NCBI GenBank assembly: GCA_050952625.1
Contig: JBMNLH010000004.1
Coordinates: 321,697 to 385,696 of the forward strand
Origin: Bacillota bacterium
GTDB taxonomy: Bacteria; Bacillota; Ch66; Ch109
Direction: 5' to 3'
Length of the DNA: 64,000 nucleotides
Made by a program: the position numbers and the translations under genes. Positions 41,916-51,897 of the stretch are shown in pieces (position 1 is the stretch's first letter; each line of letters starts with the position of its first letter). The notes below the pieces were generated by a model that was not told where the DNA came from, searched no databases, and was given only the letters and a program-made list of their open reading frames with translations.

Positions 41916-42284
41916 GTGGAAAAGTATACTGACATTATAAGAAAAACATTGGATTTGGCGGACACCTGCCTGCAGGGTCTGGAACATGTAATAACCTGCA
42001 ACAACGAAGGTCGTTTCGAAGACGGCCTGATCATGCTCCACGACTCTGTGCAATGCTACTACCAAATGGAGAAGGCATTGGTGCCTGTACTGACGAAGCT
42101 GCCCGCCAATGGTATGGGTCCCCTGAGTGAAGCCCTGTGTAACGCCCTGGACACCGTGATTTCGATCCAGGAGCGGGGAGGGAGGGCCAAGGTCTTGGAG
42201 CTAATGCAGTTTAGCGTAGTACCTGCCTACAGGAAGTGGCACGCCGAGCTGAACCGGTGCCTGCGGTCACACGTGGCGTCGTAG
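41916..42284 (+). CDS. hypothetical helical protein (flagellin-locus associated)
   Basis: 122-aa ORF in operon position after fliB. Confidence 0.6.
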   Translation: MEKYTDIIRKTLDLADTCLQGLEHVITCNNEGRFEDGLIMLHDSVQCYYQMEKALVPVLTKLPANGMGPLSEALCNALDTVISIQERGGRAKVLELMQFSVVPAYRKWHAELNRCLRSHVAS

Positions 42285-42303
42285 TCCAATCGCTATTCAG
42301 AGG

Positions 42304-42552
42304 ATGGTCATTATTAATAACTTCAACGAGGATTATCTTAAACAGAAGCTGGAGTGGGTGGAACAGCGGATGGCCGCCCTGGAAGAGATCGAGGTCAAGC
42401 TGCGGGAAATGCGGTCACTGGCCACTTATGCCAGAGACAACTACCTTAACCGGGAAATGGCTCGGGAGTTCAACGCCAGGCTGCGCGTACTGCAATGGGA
42501 GATCAATGCGCTGGACAAACAGACCAGGGTATTCTGGATGGATTGCCAGTAA
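42304..42552 (+). CDS. small flagellin-D1-like helical protein
   Basis: ALEEIEVKLREMRSLA..A.D....N..L..L..EINAL resembles flagellin [16 protein letters not shown]...EINQL. Confidence 0.55.
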   Translation: MVIINNFNEDYLKQKLEWVEQRMAALEEIEVKLREMRSLATYARDNYLNREMAREFNARLRVLQWEINALDKQTRVFWMDCQ

Positions 42553-42610
42553 CAAATTCGCATGTTCCATAAGGACACATAATAATCACTGAGAAATGGG
42601 GGTGACACGG

Positions 42611-42692
42611 ATGGACATAGCAGCACTGTCGATAATCAAGAGCCAAATCCAGTTGAAGCAGGACGTCGGCACATCTCTGATGAAAAAGGTCA
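42611..42692 (+). pseudogene. YjfB-like putative motility protein, 3' truncated
   Basis: MDIAALSIIKSQIQLKQDVGTSLMKK then runs into the antisense of the kinase gene. Confidence 0.6.
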
Positions 42693-45509
42693 AGACCGGC
42701 CGACCTGATGGAGCGCAACATAAAAGACACTTCCCCTTCCCCACTGGCTTTCCACCCAAATCTTACCGCCGTGTTGTTCGATAATCTGCTGGCAGATATA
42801 GAGTCCAAGCCCCATCCCTTTATGGTTTTCATTGTTTTCTTGGCTAACGTTTCCGGCTTTAAAAAATCGGTCAAAAACCTTAGGCAAGCAATCCTCTTTG
42901 ATACCGGTGCCGGTGTCTTCCACTGAGATTAGAATCCCGTCGTCTACATTTTTGGCCCAAACCTTAATCTGGCCTTCCTTGGTAAATTTAACCGCATTTG
43001 AGATTAAATTAACAAATACTGTGGTCAACATATCCTTATCACCGGCAATCTTGGGTAAATCAGCTTGAACATTAACCTGGAGCGCAAGCCCGGCTTTCTC
43101 GACCATTGGCCTGGTGATTAACAATGCTTGTTCAATGATATCGGCAATATTTAATACGTCATTCTGCCAGTCGATTTTTCTCGACTCTATTTTTGAGATG
43201 TTCAACAGGTTGTTGACCAGGAGCGACAGTCTATCCCCTTCCGAGATGATGATGCTTAAATCGCGTTGGATCTTGTTGATGGCTTTTTGTGTTTTTTCAT
43301 CCTTTAAATCGTTGTGCGGCCAAATGATTTTTTCTATTCGGCTGATTGTTAACTCGGTAAAACCTAGTATTACGCTTAATGGGGTTCTAATTTCATGCGA
43401 AACCATGGATAAAAGGTTACTTTTCAGCTCATCGACCTGGCGTAGTTGTTGATTGGCCTGGGCTAAATCTTTTGTTCTTTCCTTAACCTGTCGTTCAAGC
43501 TTTATGCTCTTTAATTTTATGGATCTTGTCTTGAGTTTTATCAATCCCATTATTAAGGCTGCAGTGAAAATAAAGGTGATAAGCCTAAACCATGCTGTTT
43601 CCCAAAACGGAGGAGCGATGGCCAGCTTGATTTGGGTACCTTGCTCATTCCAGATCCCGTCGTTGTTGGCGGCCTTTACTCTCAGAACGTATTCTCCGCC
43701 ATCCAGATTGGTATAACTGGCATAATTCCTGGTCCCGCTGTAGTGCCAATCAGCATCAAAGCCTTCAAGTTTATAGGCGTATTGATTTTTATTCGGGTTT
43801 GCATAATCTAACGCCGCAAACTCAAAAGAGATGAAATTATCTTTATAGGTCAAGGAGATTTGGTTGGGATCGGTTAGTTTGGCGGATGTATCAAATATCT
43901 TAAGGCCAGTGATGACAACTGGCGGCTTGTGGTTATTATTCATAATTTTATCGGCATAAAAACAACTAAAGCCATTAGTTCCGCCAAAAAACATCTCGCC
44001 ATCGGTACTTTTAAAGTAGGCTCCAGGGAGATACTGATTATTTTGCAGTCCTCCTTCAAAGTCAAATTTCTTGAAAACCGCAGCTTGAGTATTGTATTTT
44101 ATTAATCCGCCGGGGGTACTTAGCCATAGATTATCCGCATTATCCTGCAGCATGCCAGAAATAAAAGCAGGGGAAGTTTGCTGACTATCCTCAACCAACA
44201 CGAATGTGCCGCTGTTTTTGTCAAATTTAAACAACCCGCAATCGGTCGCCAGCCATAGGGTATCTTGATCATTAACCATGGCCGTCACGGAATAATCAGG
44301 TGTTTGGGTGGCAGAACTCAGTACGTTAAGGCGATAATGGGTGAATTTATGCGTTGCCAGATCCAGCTTATTCAGGCCACCTTCGCCGGTCCCAACCCAC
44401 AAGCTATTATCGTCACCTTCGGCAATTGACAGCACGTGATTGCTGCTTATGCTGTCAGGGGCTTGCGGGTCGTTTTGGAATTGAGTAAACTGGCCGGTGT
44501 TTCTGTCGAACCGGACTAAACCTTCATTGGCCGTGCAGAGCCAGAGCCGGCCATCCTTACCTTCATGCATCCGCATGATCCCATTATCCAAGGGGTTTTG
44601 CTTCTCGGCGTTAGTTATCCGGTATTTTCTGAACTTGCCGGTAGTGGGTTCGAATCTGTTTAAGGTTCCGTCGATGGCCCCAAACCAGAGGGTTCCCTGG
44701 CTGTCTTCATAAATAGACCGGATCGAATTGCTGCTGATACTGCCGCTATCCTGGGGATCATGCTGATAAGCAGTAACCCGGTTTTTTTCTCGCTCCAACC
44801 TGATAATGCCCCCATTGGCGGTTCCGAGCCAGACCACCCCGGCACTGTCTTTTAAAACTGCTAGAATAACCTCGTCGCTAAAACGCAGATCAGGCGGATT
44901 TACACTGTTGTTATAAGATGTAAAGTTTAAATTTGTATTGATTTTATCTATGCTATGGCCTTCCGTACCAATCCAGAGGTTGCCCGAGTCATCAGCATAA
45001 AGCGAGACCACCTTGTAACTGCCGGAAACTGAATCAGGCGAAAAATCACAGCCGCGCGGCGTAAATTTCCCGGTCTCGCGGTCCAGCAGCCCCACGCCTT
45101 TGCCATAGGTGCCAACCCACAAACCACCCCCATTATCTTCAACAACCGCCGCAACCTTAAGGCCAGCCAAATCTGGAAAATGACTGTCCATAAACCGGCC
45201 GGAGGCCGGCTCAAACCGGGTCAGCCGACCATTTCCGGTGACGATCCATAAAACACCGGTCCGATCTACAAAAAGCTTGGCAATTTGGTTATCCGGCCGG
45301 CTGTCGGGAGGATCAGCTTGATTATGATAGTGCCGGATCTGGTTCGACGCTGGGTGATAATTGGTTAAACCTTTCTCAGCGGTGCCAATCCATAAAGTAC
45401 CGGCCTTGTCTTGGCAGATCGAGGTGATTGTATTTGCGCTGAGATCATCAGCATTCCCGGAGTTTATCGAGCGAATAATCCCGTGGTTTAATTCTACGTA
45501 TATGATCAA
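42690..45509 (-). CDS. beta-propeller (Reg_prop/Y_Y_Y) sensor histidine kinase, N-terminus probably truncated
   Basis: Repeated D..G.LW.GT..GL, YAYKLEGFD.DW, YTNLDGGEY, PPFWET TM, VSHEIRTPL, NLISNAVKF, GMGLGL; no signal peptide. Confidence 0.88.
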   Translation of the reverse strand: MIIYVELNHGIIRSINSGNADDLSANTITSICQDKAGTLWIGTAEKGLTNYHPASNQIRHYHNQADPPDSRPDNQIAKLFVDRTGVLWIVTGNGRLTRFEPASGRFMDSHFPDLAGLKVAAVVEDNGGGLWVGTYGKGVGLLDRETGKFTPRGCDFSPDSVSGSYKVVSLYADDSGNLWIGTEGHSIDKINTNLNFTSYNNSVNPPDLRFSDEVILAVLKDSAGVVWLGTANGGIIRLEREKNRVTAYQHDPQDSGSISSNSIRSIYEDSQGTLWFGAIDGTLNRFEPTTGKFRKYRITNAEKQNPLDNGIMRMHEGKDGRLWLCTANEGLVRFDRNTGQFTQFQNDPQAPDSISSNHVLSIAEGDDNSLWVGTGEGGLNKLDLATHKFTHYRLNVLSSATQTPDYSVTAMVNDQDTLWLATDCGLFKFDKNSGTFVLVEDSQQTSPAFISGMLQDNADNLWLSTPGGLIKYNTQAAVFKKFDFEGGLQNNQYLPGAYFKSTDGEMFFGGTNGFSCFYADKIMNNNHKPPVVITGLKIFDTSAKLTDPNQISLTYKDNFISFEFAALDYANPNKNQYAYKLEGFDADWHYSGTRNYASYTNLDGGEYVLRVKAANNDGIWNEQGTQIKLAIAPPFWETAWFRLITFIFTAALIMGLIKLKTRSIKLKSIKLERQVKERTKDLAQANQQLRQVDELKSNLLSMVSHEIRTPLSVILGFTELTISRIEKIIWPHNDLKDEKTQKAINKIQRDLSIIISEGDRLSLLVNNLLNISKIESRKIDWQNDVLNIADIIEQALLITRPMVEKAGLALQVNVQADLPKIAGDKDMLTTVFVNLISNAVKFTKEGQIKVWAKNVDDGILISVEDTGTGIKEDCLPKVFDRFFKAGNVSQENNENHKGMGLGLYICQQIIEQHGGKIWVESQWGRGSVFYVALHQVGRS

Positions 45510-45581
45510 ACTTAAACAAACAACGGAACAGATCCCCGTCAGCCGGTATTATACCAAAAAGCTGAAAGGACTATTAAAAAT

Positions 45582-45969
45582 ATGAACAAGGTCTTGATTG
45601 TCGATGACGAACTCCACAATCGGCTCCTGCTGCAGGAAGTTCTGGAAGATTTTGGAGGGGACGGAATCCAGTTGCTGTCTGCCGCCAATGGGAGCGATGC
45701 CCTGGCGATTATCCGCGCAGAGAAGCCGGACCTGGTTTTCCTGGATATTATGCTGCCGGATATCGATGGGTTTGCTATTTGCCAGACGGTCAAAAACGAA
45801 CCGGGTCTTGACCAGATTTTTATTGCTCATTCTCACGGCCAAAGGCCAGGAGGTCGATAAGCGAAAGGCGATTGCGGTCAAGGCGGACCTGTATATTGCC
45901 AAGCCTTTTAAAATAAAGGTGATTGTCGATGTGGTAGAGCGGGTGTTTGGCAACGCGGTGGCCGGATGA
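45582..45969 (+). pseudogene. single-domain response regulator, frameshifted near 45820
   Basis: VLIVDDE, FLDIMLPDIDG in one frame, ILTAKGQ..YIAKPF in another. Confidence 0.8.
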
Positions 45970-45992
45970 TTGCCGGATGATAGGGATGCAAG

Positions 45993-46640
45993 ATGATTAA
46001 AGAAGTAAAGCGGTTTATCCGCAGCTTAATTGAGCAACACCTGGATAAGCAGCGGCAGCATAATTCGTTTGACAACCGGGTATCCCGGCATTTTTTGTTT
46101 AATGCCTTGAATGCCGTTATTACCCTCTGCCGCCAAAACCCCGCCGCCGCGGCCGATTTGGTTGTTGATATCAGCACGTATTTACAAAGAAGTCTTGAAG
46201 ACAAGGAATTTATTATTCCCTTGGATGAAGAACTGGAACAGGTCATTTCGTATCTGAATATTCAGAAAACCAGGTTCGCGGATAGATTAACAATAGAGGT
46301 GGAGATTGAGCCCGGCCTTCAAGGCTCGATCCCGGCCTTTACCCTGCAGCCGCTGGTGGATAATGCAATCATCCATGGTGTGTTAAAAAGAAAAGGCGGC
46401 GGCTGGGTCAATCTCTCGATTAAAAGGCGGCCATCCTGCATCCGAATCAGCGTTAGGGACGATGGAGTCGGCATGACTACAGACCAGCTGGCTTCGTTGT
46501 TTAAGCGAGGCAATCAACACCGTTCTTTATACCGGGTAAACCGTAATCTGAAAAAAGCCGGGTTTAAGGCCCTGGAGATAAAGTCGGCACCTAACGCGGG
46601 AACTACAGTCTCCCTGGAAATTCCTATTAGTCCAGGATAA
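45993..46640 (+). CDS. soluble LytS/YehU-type histidine kinase (no sensor domain)
   Basis: HFLFNALN, YLNIQKTRFADRL, LQPLVDNAIIHG, DDGVGM. Confidence 0.85.
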   Translation: MIKEVKRFIRSLIEQHLDKQRQHNSFDNRVSRHFLFNALNAVITLCRQNPAAAADLVVDISTYLQRSLEDKEFIIPLDEELEQVISYLNIQKTRFADRLTIEVEIEPGLQGSIPAFTLQPLVDNAIIHGVLKRKGGGWVNLSIKRRPSCIRISVRDDGVGMTTDQLASLFKRGNQHRSLYRVNRNLKKAGFKALEIKSAPNAGTTVSLEIPISPG

Positions 46641-46661
46641 TGGCCAGGAATATTATTTTAG

Positions 46662-46755
46662 GATAAATCAGCGATAGATAGCCTTAAACCCCAGGACAAG
46701 CCGCCAGTTTTATATAGTCTTCTCAGATAAATCAGCGATAAATAGCCTTAAACCG
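46662..46755 (+). repeat. about 28-bp direct repeat pair
   Basis: GATAAATCAGCGATA(G/A)ATAGCCTTAAACC at about 46662 and 46726. Confidence 0.8.
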
Positions 46756-46881
46756 CAAAGCCGTTAAAGCCTTTCTGTTCGTTCCGTTTTGGAGCGGATA
46801 GAAGGGCTTTTTTTGTGGGGGTGAACTCGTTCGGCTTCGGCCTCTATGGGCCTCGACTAACGCAAGGCTTTTTTCGGGGGA

Positions 46882-46991
46882 GTGAACTCGTTCAGCTTCG
46901 CTGAACATCGGGGCTTCAGGTGGCGACTCCGCGCCACCTGAAGTTTGAACAGGGTGAGCCCCACTTATCGAAGTGGGGTCTTTTAACTCAG
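46882..46991 (+). repeat. dispersed palindromic repeat (most complete copy)
   Basis: GTGAACTCG..CTTCAGGTGGCG-ACTCCG-CGCCACCTGAAG..CCCCACTTATCGAAGTGGGG. Confidence 0.75.
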
Positions 46992-47140
46992 CTAAATGCA
47001 ATTCAGGTTGCATTTCGGCAACGGATAATGCAACTTAACCGCCAATTTTGCCATCTTGTCGTCAATTCCTTATACCCGTTCCAAACCAAGCGATAGAGGT
47101 ATTAGATGGGCAACCTTATTAACCCAAGGAGGGGATCGAT

Positions 47141-47389
47141 ATGTTGGTATTCGGGATGAAGGAAGTAGACTATGTGGTCATCGACCACAACATCATTGTC
47201 CGCATGAAATGGGATGGCAATGACGTAAAGCTTTGCATCGAAGCACCGAAAGATGTCGTCATCGAACGGGACAAGGTTTACAAGAAGAGGTGCCAAGAGG
47301 AAGGGATAGAGCCAATCTGGGAATTTGACCCGTTGGTGAAGCAAAAACGAAAGTCTTCCAGACCGAGAGCGATAAAGGTTAACGCCTGA
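47141..47389 (+). CDS. divergent CsrA-like carbon storage regulator
   Basis: MLV...KE..V.I..NI.V......VKL.IEAPKDV.I.R; RBS AAGGAGG. Confidence 0.75.
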   Translation: MLVFGMKEVDYVVIDHNIIVRMKWDGNDVKLCIEAPKDVVIERDKVYKKRCQEEGIEPIWEFDPLVKQKRKSSRPRAIKVNA

Positions 47390-47475
47390 TTGGTTAACGG
47401 TTTTCATACCGTGAGACCTGAGGTGCACATCAGGGACAAGCGGTTGGAAATATATTAAATGCCCAAAGGGCGGGT

Positions 47476-47520
47476 CGGGTTCTAAGGATGGAACCCGGTA
47501 AGTAAGACAAGGAAGGGGAG
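47476..47520 (+). promoter_or_regulatory. CsrA-binding hairpin plus SD site before flagellin 3
   Basis: CGGGTTCT-AAGGAT-GGAACCCG and CAAGGA. Confidence 0.65.
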
Positions 47521-47529
47521 ATTTAGTTA

Positions 47530-50500
47530 ATGATTATTAACCACAACATTGCGGCGTTGAACACCTATCGGCAGTTGACGGTCAACAACACTTTGGGGAA
47601 CAAGGCACTGGAGAAATTGTCAGCCGGTTTGCGCATCAACCGCGCCGGCGACGATGCTGCTGGTCTAGCCATCAGTGAAAAGATGCGGGCCCAGATTCGC
47701 GGTCTTGATCAGGCTGCAAGAAATGCCCAGGACGGCATCTCCATGATTCAGACCGCTGAGGGTGCCTTGAATGAAACCCACGCAATCCTGCAAAGAATGC
47801 GGGAACTCGCAACCCAGGCCGGTAACGACACCTACACTGCATCAGACCGGGCTGAGATTCAGAACGAAATCAACCAGTTGACTTCCGAATTAAACCGGAT
47901 TGGTAATACCACAGAATTCAACACTCAGAAGCTTTTAAGAGGCAGTGCCCAATATAATGATGTGAAGGTAACCCAGCTTACTGCTCCCACGGTGGCAACT
48001 GGTACAGTTAGTCCAGTAAACAAGGTGCAGGACTATCAACCAGCTACTCCATCCATGGGAACTATTACCTTGAATGGTGCACCAGTCGACGGAGACAAGA
48101 TTGAATTGGCCGGGCTAACTTTTGAGTTTGATACGAATAATACTGTAAGTGGAACAAACATTTCAGTTCAAATTCAATCAGGTGGGTCAGTAGCGGATGC
48201 CATAAAGAACTTGGCTGAGAAGATTAAAGACCTACAAACCAATGGTACAGACACCCAAAAGGAAGCATTGAAGGGAATAAGTGTCAGTTACAATGAAACC
48301 ACGATTACGCTTACAAATGCCGATGGCGACAATACAATTGAAATAAATGCCAACTTTAAGACTTCCGATAATGTTACTATATCACCTTTTGCCGGTGGTA
48401 AAAAGGCCCAGGCAGCTAAATTTGAGTTTGAAATAACTAATAACTTGGCTAATAAAGAAAGAATTTCGGTAGCCGGTACCCTACTCACCGCCGGGACAGA
48501 TTTTGTTGTGGGCACGACTGCTGCTCAGACAGCAGCAAATATTGCTGCGGCCTTAAACGGTAAGAGCGACTTTGCGTACAGTGTTACTGCAACCGGAGCA
48601 AAAATTACCTTGACCCAGAAAACACCGGCTGACCCCACTGGTAATGAGCCGAAAGTAAAAGTGCTAGGCCCTCTTCCTGAAAGTACCACACCTACAACAC
48701 CAACGGAGCCAACAGGAGTGGTTAAAGTTGAAATTGTTACAGTAGAAACAAAGACAGAGGGTGGCTCCGGTACGCCAGGTGTATACAAATTTGATCTCCC
48801 TGAGCTAGGCAATAAAGCTCAGGCAACGATTAAAGTAGGTACTGTTGCAGAAGATCAGATATTAACAATTAATAATGTAACAATAGAGTTTTACAATAGT
48901 TCTGGTGGAACAGCTGACCAAAGTGCAGCTAAATCCATTGATATTAAGAACTTAACCGCTTCGGGTATAGCAGCCAAGATTGCAGAACTTGAAATCGCTG
49001 GTGTAGAGTTAACCGATAATGGTGACGGTACCGTGACCATAACCGCAGCCACAGCCGGTACTGCGGGTAATGATATAAAAATATCACACTCCGCCGCTAC
49101 CGGTATCACAAAAACCGATGGAACGTCAATTAGCGGTGGTTTAAGCCTGTCAGACGGTGAAAACGCCGGCAACGGCACAATAAGCAAAATTACGATTGAC
49201 GGTACCGATATAACTATAAACTCAACTGATGACCTTCGGGCTGTCGCAAACAAGATTAATACAAATGATACCTTAAAAGCTAAGTATACTGCCGAAGTAA
49301 TTAAAGACGGCGATAATATGAAGCTTCAATTAACCCAAGTGGAAGGCTCGGCAACAGCACCGACGGTTACTAAAACAGTTAGCACCTCTGCTGCAGGCAT
49401 TGCATTAAACGGTACCGCCTTCACCAGCGATAACTACACTACCGCCCAGATTAAACAACTGCAGGAAAAGCTGCCATTTTGGATCAACGATGCCTTAAAA
49501 ACCTTAAAAGATAACTGGGATATAGCTTTGCCTGACACTAAAATCAACTTAAATATTGAATTTGTCGAGGGTGAGAGCTACGGTGCCCAAATGAGCTATG
49601 ATGGCACTGACTTAACCTTAAAAGTTGACGTGGAAGATTTCTTCAATGCCAACGGTGAGCTAAAAGAAACCAGCGATACGCTCATTGCCCATGAAATGTT
49701 CCACGCCATTCAGTTAACTCAATTCAAAGGATTAAAATCTACGGATACTTGGTTTATGGAAGGATTATCCATGGCCATTCAAGGCGGGAACACCTTCTTT
49801 GGCACAGGGGATGATACCTTTGAAATTACTGAGTTAGCATCGGGTAGCAACAGAGATTTGACTGGCACTTTTGGCAGTACAACTAAGGACTACGTTAAGG
49901 CCTACGCCGCTGTTAAGACATTGCATGAGGTAATTGACGGTGGTATTGATGCCTTAATTGATAAGTTAGAAGAAGGTAAAACCTTAGATGAAGCTATAAA
50001 AGCAGTCGATTTTAAGGCTTCCGGCACTGCCCTCTCAGGCTCAACAGGTATAAAAGATTTTCAAACTTGGAGTGAATTTGCAACTTGGTTTAAATCAAGT
50101 GACGACACAGCACTAAACGGATATTTTGCTTCCGGACAAACAGACTTTAAAGATGGTACTGGAGCAATCACTGCTGCAGCCACGAAAGGTAGCAGTAGCA
50201 ATTTAACCCCGGAAAATACCATTGCCAATGGAACAACCACCGAACTAGTGGACGCTTCTTACACCCTGAACTTTATCAATGCGCCGGCAGAAACAACATC
50301 TGCCTCTTATGACACTAGCGTCAGTCAGGCTGCTGTAAACGTAGCCAATAAAGCGGCTCTCTTAAACGTAAACTATGCGACTGCCACAACCAACAAAATT
50401 AAGCTGAACGGTCAGGAAATCACCTTAACGGAGGTTTCCAAACTAAACGGCACCACTACACCTATCACGAAAGAAGCACTTAAGACGGCACTGCAAGCTG

Positions 50501-51525
50501 ATATCGATGCTGTCTACAATGGAACAGCCTTTGCAGGAATGAGTTTTACCGTGGATATTGACTCGGCAGGAGTAATCTCCATTTCTTCCAATGATGTCGG
50601 CTCAACCGTTTCAGTTGATTTGGAAGGTACAGATGTATCCGAAGGCAGTATTGCCAATTTACTAGGCTTTACCTCGGCCGACACAGCTTACGGTACTGAC
50701 GCCGGTGCTGGCTTGTACGAATTTAGTCTAGATAAATTATTAGGGGACGGGGCCAAGATAAAAATTGACGGTCAGGAAATCATGGTCGTTCAAGACACCC
50801 AGAAATATCAGGTCCAGCTTGAGGCGGGTATTGCTATGAGGGTAGGCAGCACTCTGGAAGAACAAATAAACAATTTAGCTGAAGCTATTAATGCCAACTC
50901 TGAACTAAGTGCTAAATATGTTACCAATGTTGTTACAGACGGTAGTACCACCAAACTGGAACTGGCTCAGGTAGTTGCGTCGAATACGGCCCCTGATATC
51001 TCATATGATACTGGCAAATTCTCTGTCAGGATGCAGATTGGTGCCAATACCGGCCAGAGCTTTTCGATTGAAATTAGCGATATGCGCGCCACTGGGCTGG
51101 GAGTTAGCAGTACTGTAAGCGACCTGCATCAAGTCGTAGAAGTAGATGGTAAAAAGTATAATGTTGCATATAGACAAACCAAGGAAATAACTAATGGTAC
51201 TGATGACGTTGCTATTGAATATGCCCTGGATGTAACAACTCACGACAATGCTACAGCGGCAATTACGGTCATCAATGATGCGATCGCTAAGGTATCGGCA
51301 GAAAGATCTAAACTCGGTGCTATGCAAAACCGTTTGGAACACACCATTAACAATCTGGGGACATCCTCAGAGAACTTGACCGCTGCCGAATCCCGCATCC
51401 GCGACGTCGACATGGCCAAGGAAATGATGGAGTTCACCAAGATGAACATCCTCTCCCAGGCCGCCCAAGCTATGTTGGCCCAAGCCAACCAGCAGCCGCA
51501 AGGCGTACTGCAACTGCTCCGATAA
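47530..51525 (+). CDS. giant flagellin with gluzincin metallopeptidase insert (flagellinolysin-like, 1331 aa)
   Basis: Canonical flagellin termini; TLIAHEMFHAIQ (HEMFH 49690-49704) and WFMEGLSMAIQGG. Confidence 0.9.
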   Translation: MIINHNIAALNTYRQLTVNNTLGNKALEKLSAGLRINRAGDDAAGLAISEKMRAQIRGLDQAARNAQDGISMIQTAEGALNETHAILQRMRELATQAGNDTYTASDRAEIQNEINQLTSELNRIGNTTEFNTQKLLRGSAQYNDVKVTQLTAPTVATGTVSPVNKVQDYQPATPSMGTITLNGAPVDGDKIELAGLTFEFDTNNTVSGTNISVQIQSGGSVADAIKNLAEKIKDLQTNGTDTQKEALKGISVSYNETTITLTNADGDNTIEINANFKTSDNVTISPFAGGKKAQAAKFEFEITNNLANKERISVAGTLLTAGTDFVVGTTAAQTAANIAAALNGKSDFAYSVTATGAKITLTQKTPADPTGNEPKVKVLGPLPESTTPTTPTEPTGVVKVEIVTVETKTEGGSGTPGVYKFDLPELGNKAQATIKVGTVAEDQILTINNVTIEFYNSSGGTADQSAAKSIDIKNLTASGIAAKIAELEIAGVELTDNGDGTVTITAATAGTAGNDIKISHSAATGITKTDGTSISGGLSLSDGENAGNGTISKITIDGTDITINSTDDLRAVANKINTNDTLKAKYTAEVIKDGDNMKLQLTQVEGSATAPTVTKTVSTSAAGIALNGTAFTSDNYTTAQIKQLQEKLPFWINDALKTLKDNWDIALPDTKINLNIEFVEGESYGAQMSYDGTDLTLKVDVEDFFNANGELKETSDTLIAHEMFHAIQLTQFKGLKSTDTWFMEGLSMAIQGGNTFFGTGDDTFEITELASGSNRDLTGTFGSTTKDYVKAYAAVKTLHEVIDGGIDALIDKLEEGKTLDEAIKAVDFKASGTALSGSTGIKDFQTWSEFATWFKSSDDTALNGYFASGQTDFKDGTGAITAAATKGSSSNLTPENTIANGTTTELVDASYTLNFINAPAETTSASYDTSVSQAAVNVANKAALLNVNYATATTNKIKLNGQEITLTEVSKLNGTTTPITKEALKTALQADIDAVYNGTAFAGMSFTVDIDSAGVISISSNDVGSTVSVDLEGTDVSEGSIANLLGFTSADTAYGTDAGAGLYEFSLDKLLGDGAKIKIDGQEIMVVQDTQKYQVQLEAGIAMRVGSTLEEQINNLAEAINANSELSAKYVTNVVTDGSTTKLELAQVVASNTAPDISYDTGKFSVRMQIGANTGQSFSIEISDMRATGLGVSSTVSDLHQVVEVDGKKYNVAYRQTKEITNGTDDVAIEYALDVTTHDNATAAITVINDAIAKVSAERSKLGAMQNRLEHTINNLGTSSENLTAAESRIRDVDMAKEMMEFTKMNILSQAAQAMLAQANQQPQGVLQLLR

Positions 51526-51546
51526 TTGCTGTCAAACACAACAACA

Positions 51547-51580
51547 AAGAGGTCTCCGGATCATCCTGGGGCCTCTTTTT
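51547..51580 (+). terminator. intrinsic terminator after flagellin 3
   Basis: AAAGAGGTCTCCGG...CTGGGGCCTCTTTTT. Confidence 0.75.
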
Positions 51581-51654
51581 CATGGTGCGCCAAAGAACAA
51601 TTCACATCGCTATACCACCTCCTGAATAAGGAGTTACTGACGCAATGCCATCAT

Positions 51655-51897
51655 ATGAAGCAACTTATTAATCGTTAAAGCTTTAAACAGTCTAGCTAAT
51701 TCGGATATAACCTTTTCAGACGGATCGATTTGTAGTAGCATTAACTTGTGCATCCTTTCCGTTTGGAATGTTTTGTTTGGTTACTTAACATTTTACCAAA
51801 CCGGGATGCACTTTTTTCTGTCAAGAATGCTTTTTGTGCTAAGAAAAACCTATATTTCATGAGGTTTAGCTATGGTTTTTGAGGTGCAAAACTTGAG
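51655..51897 (-). mobile_element. partial copy (transposase 5' end and IR) of the IS at 54316-55831
   Basis: Near-identical to 55589-55831. Confidence 0.9.
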
